DNA of 64,000 nucleotides from Camelus ferus (GCF_009834535.1 NC_045697.1:73658001-73722000), one strand, 5' to 3'. Positions 1 to 13,738 are shown, counted from the first letter of the stretch. Program-made: numbers and translations. Notes: generated by a model not told the origin, from the letters alone.

Positions 1-3000
1 TCAGATGTCACTAATTCTGTTACAGGCATGAGCATTCTCATCTCCCTCTGCGTTTGAAACCTCAGGTCCTCCCCCTTGCCCTGTAAGTCAGCCCTCACAC
101 GGACAATTCCACTGGTCTCCCAACCTCCCTGGGCCTATGATCATTTCTTTCATGCCCACTAAATCATCCCACAAGGTCTCTTTGCATGTTACAATTCTGA
201 AATAAAACTTGGTTGTTACATTATGCTAAATACCTTTTCAGTGTTCACCTGTTGACAACAAAATAAACACAGTACAGAGTCAACCTGGGTCTCCAGGTTG
301 GGACCATCTGTTATGTGGGGTCCTGGGCAATTTTTTTATTTTTCAGCAGAGCCTCTGTCTATATAAACAATTTGATTAAAAATGTCCTAGGAATCCATAG
401 GCCCATGTGAGGTATAGTGATTTATGGATGAAGATTTATAATCATAGGTAGAGAAGAGGGACTTACGTACTTGTTTATTATCCACTCAGGGCAGGTAAAG
501 ACTCTTCGGAGCATCCCAGCTGTCTCTTCCTGTTCCGGTCCTGGTAACCATCTTGTCAGTGTCTTTTGGTGGGGACACCACCTCATTTGTGCTAACAGGA
601 TTAATTCTCCATTTCTTAATTTTACTCCTGACATTCCAGAGATTGTTGCGAGTTCCTGATCTATTTTGAGTTCAGAGATAATGTTTTTTGTATTTTTCTG
701 AGAAAAAGGGGTAGCAGCACTATTAAGACTCATGATGCCAAGGCTCCCTGGGATCTGTCTGTACTGACAGCATACGGGTCTTCTTGCTCCTGTGGTTTCC
801 TCATACTCATACAACGCTGGTCACACCACTAACAGGGGCAGTCATCCAGCTGCCCATGAACACTGGTTTCCAATGACTGTCTCAGAGGCTGTTCCTGTGC
901 TTCAGGATGGTGGCCACAGTGCACCAAACCTGCAGGAAAATATTAATGACAACTCATTTTCTGGGCATGTTAAACTTACTGTTTGGAATTTTATCACATT
1001 AATGTAGAATAACACATCTTTCACCCGTTTTTTAAATTGCTCAGGTTCTGTTACTGCATTCCTAGAGGATGCTCTGCTTCAGTGCTGACCACACACACCA
1101 CTACCACCGAGGAAAACGGGAGAGGGGCCTGTGGACAAAGGGAAAAACCTGTCTCTTTCATGGAAGGAATATCCATCCCTGGCCTAGCACGGCTTATGAC
1201 CAGCCGGAGAGAGCATGGTGTCACCTCATCAACTGGAGGCAAGGATATGAATCAGAAAAGCTTAACAGCCATGCTGGATACGCACATTCTGATAAAGGCA
1301 ATGTTAGATCTCCTCCCTGCAATTAGGATGAATTAATCCCCATATGAAATCCCCAAACAAAATACTTTGTTAAAGGCCTGTGGATCATTTAAATAAACAA
1401 AATATAAAGGATAAGATGGAATTTGATCTTTCACATTTTTAACATTTTTTTAATGTAGTACAGTCAGTTTGCAATTTCTGGTGTACAGTATGATGTGATC
1501 TTTCACTCTTGATTTTATATTTTCACCAAAAACTACCTCACCCTCTGTTATTTTTCCAAAGAGACGCTGCTACTAACATGGTAGTAATGAATTATAGTGA
1601 AACTATTTTTATTTATCTATCTGGAGTATGTACAATCTGACTTCTGTAGACTCATTTTCTTCCCACAACTAAACAGACTTCCACTTAAATGAAAACCCAG
1701 CAGTGATCTGGTTTCACCTTCCAGAATGAGTGAGTCATTAATGATTATGAAGGCAGCTGCTGAAGTTCTGGGTCAAGTTGACCTGTTTAACTGTCTGTAA
1801 ATCTATTATGATAATCTTATCTTCCAGGGACTGCATGTAGTATGGTTACGGAAGGTGTCTGGAGAGATGTCAGATGGAGCCTGAGTTTCAAGGAAGCTGG
1901 TTGTTTTCCCTCAGTTCTTAACACCCATCCTGAACTATGTGAAGAGGAATACTGTATATTTAAATGCATCTGTTGTACAACTGCTGAGTTCAGAGTACTC
2001 GAGCGAGGGCTGGGTAATCACGCAGATGGTGTGATTCATGACCAAAACCACTTGCTGTTAGATGCCACATTCACAGAGAACATGTAAATACTTGGCGCCG
2101 CCGTGAGAGTTTTCGGAGGTGTTATATTCATTTAGAGAGTTACAGCTTTGGTGGTGACAGCTTCTCATTTTGGGCTAACAGGATTAATTCTTCCCTTATT
2201 TTTACCCTTGACATTCCAAAAATTGCCATAGTTTCCTGATCTAACTTGAGTTGGGAAGGAGTTGTGTTCTCTTATTTTCCTTATTTCCCCCTTATTTAGA
2301 GAGGATTAGTGTACCAACAAGAATGCGCTGCAGAGGCACTGGGTGATCAGGAGAACACTGGCCTTAAGTATCACAGTGGAGTTTTCAGGCCAGTATTTGT
2401 CTTCCTTCCCACATTTCAATAAATACCACTAGCAGACAATGGTATTGTTTTTTTATTTTCTTTTACCCCCAACTTACTATAAACAGCATCACGTTTTTAA
2501 ATGTCTATTTTCCATAAACTTTAACTTGCCCATCCACTTATTTTTAAGCACATTATTGATTGAGGGCTTGCTGAGTGTAAAATGTAACTGTTCTCCACGT
2601 TCTTCTCTAAGATCTGTGCCTCCTTTTCAAAGTAAGAAAGTTGGGGAGGGGATACAGATGAGAAGGTCTAGAAAAGACAAGTGGTGAGGCACATCCAAGG
2701 AATGGGGAGAAGAAGAAAAGGACAACAGTAAGTGCATCGTTGTCTGGGAGGACTGACTGCCAGTCAGGGTAAGGTGATGGGATGGAGCTCACGTTCAGGA
2801 CACTCTTCACAGAAAGCATGCATCTGAGCATGCAGTTAAGTGGCCGTGGCCCTCCTACAGATACAAGGATGGCTGTTTAAAGGAGTAACACAGGGCTGGA
2901 CACCAGTGGAAGATTACAATGACAGAGTAGCAGGAGTCCACAGTCCAGACAAGCACATATACAATAAACATAATCCACCATCAACATGAAAATAACCAAA

Positions 3001-5883
3001 GAGTAGTAGAAACACTAGTGTAATGGAAACATAAAAGAGAAAGTTAACAGTTCAATGAATTGGTTGCTTCAGGTTTGGTGGTGGTAACAGCATTGACGCT
3101 GGGTCTTCCAGAACGAGGAGAGGTGTGATGCCAAAAAGGAAAGAACGGCAAGAGAGGAGAGCACGAAGTATCAAATATCCTTCCTCCTCATTCTGTAGCA
3201 TGTAGAATAGGGGCCGCTATATAATAGCTACTCAATTTTTATTAAATGAGAGAGAGACACATTTGCTATTCAACTAACGGTGACTTAAAACAATAAAAAC
3301 ACCTAGGTAACTCTTACAAGGAGGCTTGAGGCAGGCAGCCCAACACCTGTGCAGTAGCTCAGCGGTATCCTCAAGGCTCAGACCCCTCTTCCCTGCCCCT
3401 GTATCCCACACTCAGCATGGCAGTCTGCTCCTTCAAAGCCCCAAAATGGCTGTCACAACTCACCTTGGTGTTCCCACTGCAGCAGGAAAACCTAAGGGAC
3501 ATGTGGCACTAACTTGGTCTGTCTCTTTGATCAGAAAAGCAAAAGGTTTCCCAAAAGCCCCTTCCCACCTTGTCCAGCAGGCGTCCATACTTCTAACTGA
3601 CCAGAACTGGGTCACGTGGCTGGGAAATTAGAGAGTACTCTTAAGGTTGACTGTAATCAATTATGAGTCATTGCTTAGAGTTGAACCTGTGGTGGTGCCA
3701 AACAGACTTGGGGTTCTGTTAGCAAAGAAGGAAAGGCCAAAGGATATCAGTCGAACCATAGTCCTAAGAACTGTGGACCAGTTGGTGAAACCCACTTAAT
3801 TTCACAGTCGTACATCAAGTACTTCCCCTCCCACAGGGAAGGCTCACGCTCTACCTCTCGCCTAATCACTGAAACGCATGCTGGTCTCTCTGCTCCTGGA
3901 CCCTTGACTTCATCTGTGCACTTCACAGGCAGGAACTCGAAGTACCACACAGCTCTGCCTCCCAGCACACTATTAGTAACTACTGTTCCCTGTGGTTCTT
4001 TTGGGGTTTCTTTTATCCTCTGGAGCAAGGAGTCCATGAGCCAAAGATGGCCTGCTGCTGATTTTGGTAAAGTTTCATTAGGATACAGACATGCTTGTTT
4101 ATCTACGGGTCATCTACAGCTCATTTCCACTTGTTGGGACAGAAAGCATGTGACCTTTACTGCCAAAAATATTTTATTATCTGGCCCTTAATAGAGAAAA
4201 GTTTTCTCAACCCCTGGTCTACACGTCTGTAAATTTCTCAACAGTAAAGTTACACCCTGCCTTTCTCTTATATCTACATGAGCACAATGCCAGAGAGACA
4301 GGGCCGTCTTCTACAAACACCTTCTGACTGCTGGAAATGAAAATCAAAGGATTGATAGTTAAGAAATTCTGGCATAGTGACACATAGTTGATGCTTCATT
4401 AATTTTTAGAGTCAATCCAGGAACTAAGTAAATCACTTCTTTTGTCCTTTTTAGTAAATGACTATTTAAAGCAAAATGCCTTAATACCTATACCTAAAGT
4501 GTGGGGTCTGGATCCAGACCACCTATAGTAAAATGCTGTGTGTCCTAGCCAATAAACTTAATGTCTCTGTGTCTCAGTTTCCTCCTGCATAAGACAGAAA
4601 TAACAGGATTTAATGACCTGTAAAGTGCTCAGAACAACTCCTGACACATAGTAAGCACTCAAAAACTATTAGCTATTAGTAATGCTGTGTGAGAGAGTCC
4701 TTCTAAACATAAGGTATTACTTTTTCCTTTCTTTGTGGAGTATCTTTGAACCCATTCTGTAAAAAGACACGACTGCATCAGGAGCAATTTCCTCCTCTTC
4801 CTGGTGACACTAACCCAAGTCTGAACCAAAAGGAGATCTAAGGTAGATGGTGCAGAGACATCCGAGGAAGTCATTGTCGGTAGCACGGTCAGAGCATCAA
4901 CCAGCACACACTGAGTGGGGAACCAAAAAGTGATTGAACTCTGCTCCTGCTGGTGAGAGGCGTCAGCACCACGGACGTGAGGTGAATGGCAGAAGAGCGC
5001 TTTCATTGAACTGTCAGCTAATGAAGTGGTGAGAAATTAGCAGGCTCTGTGATTTACACGCTAATTCTCCCTAATGCCACCTGGGGGCTGCCCGCAGGCA
5101 GAGGCGCAGGGGGGATGAAAATGGTGTCGTGCGGCCAGCAGCCCGCCTGCACTGCTATTCTCTCTTTGCCAAGCAACACAGCCGCCCTGCTTGCTCCCAC
5201 TCACTATGCAGCAAGCACTTGGCAGACTTCCCTCAGAGCATGGGCAAGCCTCAGCTCTAAGTGCAAGAGGAAGACAATGCAAGGAATTTTAAAAGGCTTC
5301 CACCTTTTTGCACTTTCTGGAGGCGCTCTCTCTAAAAATTGACTCAGCGGGTGACCCTCTGTCTTTTCTGAATCCCTGCCACCTCCCTCTCACCCAAGAA
5401 CAAGTCATTGGAAATGGTCACTGTAATCAGTGCTCTCTGTGAAACGAAACTCAGAAATAAGCTTGGTGAGACAGAGCATCCAGGAGCTGTTATCACTGCA
5501 TTCATCATCATCATTTAAAAGAGCTATTTTGGTAAATCTTCGGCCTGTATCTCTCTAAATGAAATGCGGCTCTGCCCGACAGCCTGCTCCCTGGACTCTG
5601 CTTTTATGAAAGTAACAGTTCTTACCACAAAAACACATGCCGGGGAAATCAGGAAAGGACCGTCTTCGTCTGCTGGCATCTTTCAGGCAAGAGGCCAAGT
5701 CAGCGCTGAGGAAAGAGTGTATGATTGTGTATAGAACTGCCTCCCATATTATAATCATATATTTCCTTGGACATCCTCTGAACTGTCGAATGCAGAACAC
5801 TGAATTTCAGCTCCCCCTGGTAAGCAAGAGCTGCTTTGAAGACCATTAGGAAGGGGAAGAATGTTACAGTCTTCTCCATTTCT
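1..5883 (-). pseudogene. Decayed gene for a signal-peptide-bearing extracellular LRR protein with tandem LRR domains; continues off the left edge
   Basis: Acceptor at 5884-5885, then gaaATGG (ATG 5879) and MEKTVTFFPFLMVFKAALA-YQGEL. Degenerate LRR motifs across frames: LTKL/FLS, TISNDLFLG, NSLHCLP, SLLISHHFIS, DLG*CH..EEIAPDA, EELILLAQNE, ENELSLI..FGAL. Cap-like Cys motifs: LCECGI, CPQA..VVC, VFTCPEWI. Exon blocks ~5883-4721, ~2327-1780, 1316-467 (GTAAGT donor) and 196 to the edge. Confidence 0.6.
4040..4216. mobile_element. MER58-like hAT MITE fragment
   Basis: taaagtttcattagg...atctggccctt...aacccctg. Confidence 0.6.
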
Positions 5884-7294
5884 CTAGGGTCACAGTATAA
5901 TTGTGTAGGGGGAGGAACGGGGCCCTGGAGACGACGTGACAGTCACTTCTCATTACCTCCCACTTGGTTCATTGCGTCTGTAGACAGCGATTGCCCATGT
6001 GTGGATACTTCCATTACACAGAAGGATGCAATGTGCTGTAGACCTCGAACGGCTTTCAAAGGGGGAGAAAGCTGTTTATTCCAGGCCCAAACCGAGCCTG
6101 TTTCCAGGGACCAGGCCAGAGGAATGGAAAACAACACAAGGAATAGTTTAGTGGTGATCAATACAGGAGAGCCAGGCTCCACATGTGCTCATATCCAGTG
6201 ATATTTACACGTGTGCATCCCACTATACATGGCATCACACAAAAGATTAATCCACCAAATTTGACTTTAACAAGCTGACCCACTCATTCAGGTGTACTGT
6301 ATACAGGCTGTTCTGTGTACCCTCCCTGCAGCTACCCTTTTCATCCTTTGCCTGTTTGCTCTTTCCGTCTCCCCTTCTCTCACATTCACACACACACAAG
6401 ACCATGTGTAAGAGTGAGTCCTGAGAACCATGAAATCCAGATACACTATTTTACGCGTTTTCTCAAGGGTGTAAAAAGCCCCAACTAGGTTACAAACTAA
6501 AGAAAGTTAACAAGAGAGAAAACAGAATTATTGAGAATTATAGATTGTTTGAACCAAAAATGAATCTTAGATATTATCCATAACAGAAATGCCCGGACTT
6601 TTTCTTTAAAGAAAAACCTCTCCCCTAAGAGTTCATAAGAGATGCCGTGATGGTGTAAAGCTGGATGCTACATACCATATTCTACTACGGGTAATTCACA
6701 ACAATGTCAGCTTATTAAAGGTTCTGAGAATTCCTGTTGCCAAAAAGAGTCTATTTAACTTAGTTTTACCCTAATTTATTAATTCGAGGAGCACTTTTTT
6801 AAAACTGAAATGCTATCAACATCCTGTGGAACAATTATACTATAGGAGGGGAAATCCTGTTCTACTTAGTTCCATCATTTTCTATAGATTTCTATATACT
6901 AGTAATTTTCAAAATTTAGCATGCATTGGAATCACTGGAGGATGTAATCCTTAGCGATTATTCAGTAAACTGGGTAAGTTCAGGAACCCGAACACGAGTA
7001 CCAAGCAATTGTAATTCAGAGGGCCTCATGCCACACTTTGGGAAGTACCAATTCACACATGTGCTTTCTGTCAGGATTTACTAGGATCAAACTACACATT
7101 GTTAATTAAACAAAAGCTTGAAAGTTAATAGGTTTGGCTGTGAAAGCTGTAAGAGTTTTCTGAATATGAAAATGAATGTTAGCCTCTAAATTTACCATGA
7201 CGGATGGGACATTCACCACTACACTGGACTTTCACAAATGCTGTGCCGTTTTCACTCTTGACTCATCCACTAGTTTGCCTCACTATCCAGTTGT

Positions 7295-7920
7295 ATTAAT
7301 TTATCCATTCAGCAGTTGTTTACAAAGCATCCTCTGCATTTTGGCACTGGGTGAAACACTAGGGATATCTGTGAACCAGAGACAAAAATCCTTGCCCTTG
7401 TTGGCTAACATCCTAGCAAGAGGGAGACAGAGGACACAACATCAATGTGACAAATAAGTAAATGACATAGTAAATCAGAGTTAGCAGGTGGTGTTATGAA
7501 AGAACTAGAGCTGGTTAAGGGGGATCAGAAGTGTGGGTGGGCCGGGGGCTGGGGAAAGGGCTGCAGTTTTTAAAAGGGCAGTGGGAATGACAATGAAAAG
7601 TGACATTTGGGCAGAGCCTTGAAGTAAAGGAGGCTTTTACGTATGTACTCAAGAGTGAGAGTCCAGGCCTAAGGAACCACCAGTGCAAAGTGAGCTGTCT
7701 CCATGGAGAAGGAGAAACAGAAGGGTGTGGAGAGGAGACAATGGGGAAGGGAGAGCGGGAAGTACTTCCGAGGGGCAGCAAGGACTAGATCGCCTAGGTC
7801 CTAGGTCCGGACGGGGACTTGTCTTGAGGAAAATGAGAAGCCACTGCACAATGCATTTTGAGCAGAGAAATGAGATTATCTGACTTCCATTTTTAAAGGC
7901 TCTGAATGTGTTTGACAGCA
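7295..7920. mobile_element. L2 fragment
   Basis: L2 3' region motifs (atccattcagcag..., gtgacatttgggcagag, ttttgagcagagaaatga). Confidence 0.6.
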
Positions 7921-8667
7921 TTTATTCACCACCGATTGGGTTTCCACTAATGTGCTGCACTCTGGATGCCCAGCATGCAAAGAGGAACTGCCAGTCCTCA
8001 TCCTCAGAATCCTCAGTTTCTGGACTTCTGATAGAGCTTGTTACGGGTCATCACTTTGTGTATGTTTAAAATCTATTGTCCCTGCCCCTTGCACTACCAG
8101 GCCCCTGCCCAGTGTTTACCTGGTGATCTCAGCACCCACGTGGCACCTGCTGTGGGGCTGGAGCGGGGAGACCGCGGTCAGATTGGGCAGGAGGTTCAGG
8201 TGCCCGTCCTGCCCGGAACATACTGTGTGGCCTTTGGCAACACATGAATCCCCCTTTTCTTGGCTTTCCCATCTGTTTATACAATTTTCTGCAGAAGTAT
8301 ATTTGTGAGGCTTGATGGGATAACCAGCTCTGAGAGCTTTAGGGTGTAATGAAAAACTGACAATTTTAATTTTCCCTCAAATTATCATACTCTGAAATAA
8401 ATAGAGTCGAGTAGCTTCTCTCGCTATTTGTTCTGGCAGCCCTGCCTCTGCTGAAGACAGTCTACAAGTTGGCAGGGCAGAGCGAGGAGAAACTTCTCTT
8501 AGTTCCTGGAGAGAAAACCTGCTAGTTTCAACAACTGAAATTCTGCGAGAGGGTTTTCTGGGGCAGAGCCAGTTGCAGCAACAGTCTCTTTTAGAGTATT
8601 AACTTGCTTGCCTCCTGCTAACTTCTTTCTGCTGAGGAAGGATGCAAAAAGTCACATTTAATTTCAG

Positions 8668-9112
8668 CCTCAAACATAATTGTCCATGATCAGATGTGGC
8701 TTGCTCGCCTCACTTGTCAGTCATCACTAGATAAAGAGATGAAACCTCCATTTGGAGAAAATGGAAAACAAATGACAGACTTCAAAGAAAGTCATTGGGT
8801 AAACCAGAGGGATGATTATCATGGCTGTGTTTGCCTTCAGGATACATGGACAGCCTTTAGAACAGCCACACCATTTTTACCAAATGTTTATGATGTAACC
8901 TCACCCAGATCAGGGAAATTCAGGGATTTGGCAGGCAACCGGGAACAGAGAAATGCAATACAATGCCATTTCAGACTGAAGTCTGCCTGGGAGCTAAGCT
9001 ACTCCAGATGTTTCCCTTTTGTCCTCATTTAATGGTTCCTCTAAATACAATGCCTTACTATCAGCTACAGCAGCAAAATTTACAACATACTAATTAATGG
9101 CAAGATGCTTAG
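8668..9112 (+). pseudogene. Candidate first coding pseudo-exon of large relic
   Basis: tttcag acceptor at 8667; ATG 8694 opens a 112-aa ORF; 3' frame ...ALLSATAAKFTTY*LMARCL ends phase 1 at GTAAGC donor (9113). Confidence 0.45.
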
Positions 9113-10281
9113 GTAAGCAATTCTGAGTATGTAATTATGTTTTTAGAACTTCTATTTTTTTTCCTCTTACCTTTCTCTGTCAGATTTCACTAGTGGAGTA
9201 AGGGAGTACTAGGAACACATATAATCTGAGGTGGCTGCAGCAATATAAATTTTACTTAAACAGTAAGGGACACGCTATACTACTTACCCTCAACCATATG
9301 AAAATACTGTTATACCGGTTATGAGCTCAAAACAATGACAAATTGTACCAGGACTGAGGATTACAACTCACAGAGAATAACTATGTTTGTAAAGCTGCCT
9401 CTCACCATAATTGACCAACTTATTTTTAAAAAATAAAAAGCAAAATTAGTCCTTTTCCTCATTCAGAGATTCCTGAACTTCAGATTACCAGCAAAACACA
9501 TTGCTGCACCTGCTCTGCCAATCCCCAGCCCTGGATCGGTCCGACCGTGAACTTTCTCCACTCCTGTTTCCAGGCAGCTGGGCGTGGAAGGAAAAATCCC
9601 ATAACTCTGTTTATTGGCCCTGCAACAAACCCATGTTCTCCAGCATCGGCTGGGTCCCTAGTGCTACTGGCAGCCCTTTTATTTGTCCCCAAGTCAGCTC
9701 TGTTTCAGATTTCCCCTACAGCTGTTCTAACATATCAACATGCTCAAAGAATGCCTCCTGCTAACTAGATGCCCTTGTTCATGAATCACAGACAAAATAG
9801 AAGTCTTCTCTTTCCCCTCCACCTGCAGCCGGCCTGACACCCACGGGGGCACCCATCTTCTCCCTCCCTCCCTCCTAAATCAGACAAGAGTTCTCTCTCC
9901 TAATCCCCGAAGTTAACACTACTATAGGGTATTGGACACTATCTCCTCAGGCATCTTCTGGGACCTCATTACATTAGTCATTCCCCCTCACATTTTGGTG
10001 TCTTCAATCCATGACTCCCTGTTCTCTGGCTTCTACCCTTCAGCCTACAAATTTGCTCAACTTTTTCTTTATTACTATGCATGCACTTATATGCATGCAC
10101 ATGCACGCACACACCCACACACAATTCTTTCATCATTTCAGCCTCTCACTCATGCTGCAAATTGTCTTGTATAGCAATTATCTGTTTACATGACAGTTTT
10201 CAACTGGTCCAGTGGTTTTTAATTGTTGCTGTGTCAGATCCCTTCGAGAATCTGATTAAAGCAATGGGCCTTTTCCCTGGC

Positions 10282-10312
<31 letters not shown>

Positions 10313-11272
10313 CTTCTATGTACAATTCCAGCTTGTTCACTGACCCCCAGAGGAGACATTGCTGCTGCTCCTCAGTACTTCCAGTTCTCCTCCTCTGCCA
10401 GGCACACTGGAGAATTACCCTTTCTTGCTGACTCAAGATTAGTGTCTCTGGCCAATGAAATGAGAGTGGAAGTGATGTGTGTGGAAGCTTTAAGAGCCTG
10501 TACTTGATGTGCAGTGCTTTCTCTTTTCACTTTGCCACCGTAACCACTGCCTTCCAGATAGTGACTGCTCCGTCAGCTTGAGTCTTGGGGTGAGGAGGAT
10601 GCAGACCAGAGGACCTCGCCAGCCTGCAATGGACGTACAGAGTGAGTGAGAAATCAATCTAGTTGTTTAGAGCAGCTGAGGTTGGGGATGGTCAGTTACT
10701 GCAGCATAACCTAGGCTGTCCTATTTGATAACAGGGAACTCTCCATTAGACACAAAATAGCCTTAAGTCAGAAAGATCCGTTCCAGGGGAGTTTAAGCTT
10801 TGCTCCTTCCTGTTCCTAATCAATAAGCTCCTCTCATCTCCTAATGCTAGACTTTCATTTCTGTCCACCTAGAAGGCTCTTTCCCTGGTTCTTCCCACGA
10901 CTTCTCATCCTTCAGACATCAGTGTATGTGCTACCTCCTCAGGGAGGTCCTCATTTGGCCTATTTCCTCTCCCTCCTGCTCTCAGTTACTATCATTCACA
11001 TCACCCGTGTGTGTCTTTCATGGAGCGCATCACAGCACATAACGATCTGATTTATTTTCTGTCCCTCAAGTTCTGAATTCACAGTATCTGTATTCTTGCT
11101 ATCAACAGCAATTCATAAATAACTAATGTCATGCTACTTTAACCCTATGTGAACTTAAGAAAAGGGAATACATTCCAAAATGGACTGCTTTCATTTGTTT
11201 AATATGATAAAAATAGAACCATGAATGTTCTACACAAGTCACACATTACACTTTTCTAAACTATGTTAATAG

Positions 11273-11456
11273 AAGAAAAAGCTCTAACTAAAAATGTTGA
11301 GTAGACATCCAAATGTTTGGCTGTGCATCAAGAACAAACCACTGAACCTTGGTATTCACCCAGTCCCCCTTAAGAGGTCAGCTTGACATTTTGGGTTCAT
11401 TTCAGATAGTTATGGCCAACAGCACTAACAACCTTTGGTCCCAACCCAGTTAAACA
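11273..11456 (+). pseudogene. Candidate pseudo-exon (EEKALTKNVE*TSKCLAVHQEQTTEPWYSP...)
   Basis: taatag acceptor, phase 1 start; weak donor at 11457 or 11460; needs one frameshift. Confidence 0.4.
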
Positions 11457-11653
11457 GTAGTACTTGTGATTCACTGACATACTTTTTGTTGTATTTGTTT
11501 TTCTCTTTTGCTCTGTATATGTGTGACAAATGGTCTTATTTCACAATGACAGTAAGAATTAGTCCTTAAAATCCGGAAAGTACTGAGTGGCTAGCCCTTT
11601 GTTATGCATCCAGGGATATAGGTGTAATACCTTGCCACAAAGTAAGTAATTAA

Positions 11654-11794
11654 GGGGGGAGGGTATTGTTCAAGGGGTAGAGTGCATGGCTTAGCATACC
11701 CAAGGTCCTGGGTTCAATCCCCATTACTTCCTCCAAACTTAAATAAGTAAACCTAATTATTCCCCCCTAAAAATTTTAAAAATTAAAAAAAAAA
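11654..11794 (+). mobile_element. tRNA-derived SINE (camelid Vic-1-like)
   Basis: A-box/B-box-like head (ggtagagtgc...gggttcaatcccc), A-rich tail, TSD aagt(a/g)agtaattaa. Confidence 0.85.
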
Positions 11795-12040
11795 GTGAGT
11801 AATTAATTCATACTTGTTCAATGAAGGAATGTATAAAATTAGTACTATAAAATCACCAAATAGTTACTTCGTTTGCCTTTACTCTGTATAACTAATACCA
11901 CAAAAGACAACTTATTCTAATTTTGAAAACCAAAGTTTTAGCCTTATTATTTTACCTGCATACAAAATATATTTGTTCAAAAACTTCAGAAATGCTTAGC
12001 TTAAAATCAGTAATTTTCCTACTCTCACTGTTTTTATAAG

Positions 12041-12265
12041 ATGTGTTAAACAGCCCTGACATTTGACAAGAGATTCAGAAGTTGTGATGCTATCTTTCCA
12101 GCATATAATAGATTCTGAAAAATAGTCACTAGAAATGGAGACCTCTTCAGGTACTCAATTTCATAAACAGAAAGTTTGGGGATCTTCTGAATTAACTGTC
12201 AGAATAGGATACATTTTAGTCTGGATGAGAACAACCAAACAAAATGTTTTAATATTGCTAAAGAA
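12041..12265 (+). pseudogene. Pseudo-exon (VLNSPDI*QEIQKL...VLNFINRKFGDLL...KCFNIAKE)
   Basis: tttttataag acceptor, phase 1; GTACG donor, phase 0; several stops and one frameshift. Confidence 0.55.
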
Positions 12266-12992
12266 GTACGCTTGGTTTGGAAACAAAAAATAAGCTTAAT
12301 TTAGTTTTGTTTTTTTCATAAACTCCCATTTTGGGGTGGCAGAAGAGTCAGTGGCTTCTTTAGATCTCCTATGTGGCAGTGTGTATTGCAAAATAGTATC
12401 TCTTAAAACATGGAGCATATCTTGCTAACCTCTTACATAACATATGTCATTGGTGTGGAACAGCTACATTTTTCTACTTATATTTCACCAAAATCCACAT
12501 GTGCAATTTAAAAACAACACACATTTTTCAGGATGGGGCTGGGTGTTTCTTCTCTCTTCTTAAATGTTTTCTCTCAATTAAGAAATGTTTAAATGGAGAT
12601 TAGCTATCATCTGCCACCCTCTTTTAAGAGAATGTGGGTAATCAGATGGGACATGTCTTTAAAATGGGACATGCATCAAAAGTGTGTGTGCATGCATCTG
12701 CACACATACAAAGAGATATATTTTTAATTGTTTTGCATACAAGACAGGCCATTTCTCAATTCCTCATCACTACCACACAGCCTTCAAAAAAATTACAAAT
12801 GCTTCTTTTCTGTTCTGCTGGGGCATTTCAACCAAAAACATAAGTTGCACAGAAATAGTTGCTATAGAAATGCAAAGGGGGTAAATAATATTCAATTATG
12901 CTATCAAAAACTGCAACTGAAGTAGGGCAGTACCAAGGTTTATATTTAATAATGCTGACTGTATTTTTTCTTGCCTTTATCTATACTCCAAA

Positions 12993-13277
12993 TTGAATGT
13001 GCATTTGCTGAGTCCCAAACTGGAAGGCTCTTTACTGCTAAAAATAAAACATCTTAATGAAAATATTTTAGCAGGCATTCCAGATTAGGAAATCAGTACA
13101 TGCCAAGAAAGGTTCCTTTGTACAAAAATAGTAAAATTTGATGAATAATGGATTCAAGTGATGCCAATTACTTTCCTTCATTTCATACAAAATTTCTTTA
13201 TATGAAATGAAAGAGAGTGAGATTTCCTACACAAGATTTGCAGACACCTTGGCTCTCAAGAATAAAGGCTTCTTCAG
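12993..13277 (+). pseudogene. Pseudo-exon (LNVHLLSPKLEGSLLLKIKHLNENILAGIPD...RLLQ)
   Basis: 285 nt in one frame, phase 0>0, 5 stops; pyrimidine tract upstream but acceptor reads AA instead of AG; CAG|GTTTCT donor. Confidence 0.5.
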
Positions 13278-13415
13278 GTTTCTACACATTTCTCATTTAT
13301 TTTGCTAAGGAGCTTATTTTGAATAGTGCTCTATGACAGCATTTAGAGTTTTCCATTAAGTTTATTAAAGAAAAAAATATTAACTATCTCCTAAAAAATA
13401 TTTGGCTCTATTTAG

Positions 13416-13738
13416 GAATTATACTTTAAACACCAAATTACTAACAAGGCATCTGGTAAAGGTGAAGGTGGCTGTTAAGCTCTTGTAGACTTTGATCTTG
13501 CTAATTAAGTTTTATAAGACTTCAGAGAGAAAAAAAGCTCTGTCAGTCAATTTACTTAGATATTGTAATTTTAGGAAGAAGTTATTTTAGCAATTTGATA
13601 TACCCTGTGTTCTAAAACCAAAATAACCCTAATTTTTAAGAACATGACACTGATAACAGTCATTCACATTATAAAATTTAACTTCTGGTTGACAATATAA
13701 TCAATATAACCAGCTTAAGAGAAAGAAGGGAGAAGGAG
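13416..13738 (+). pseudogene. Candidate pseudo-exon (ELYFKHQITNK...EEVILAI...LRERREKE)
   Basis: ctctatttag acceptor (alternative in-frame acceptor at 13574); GAG|GTGAGG donor; phase 0>0 with one frameshift; many stops. Confidence 0.4.

Noticed and set aside
980..1316. TNF-receptor-like cysteine-rich pattern on the minus strand
   Set aside because: Needs several frame switches; an LRR cap followed by LRR motifs is more parsimonious in this context.
11654..11730. tRNA genes
   Set aside because: All tRNA-like A/B-box hits are SINE heads with tails or TSDs.
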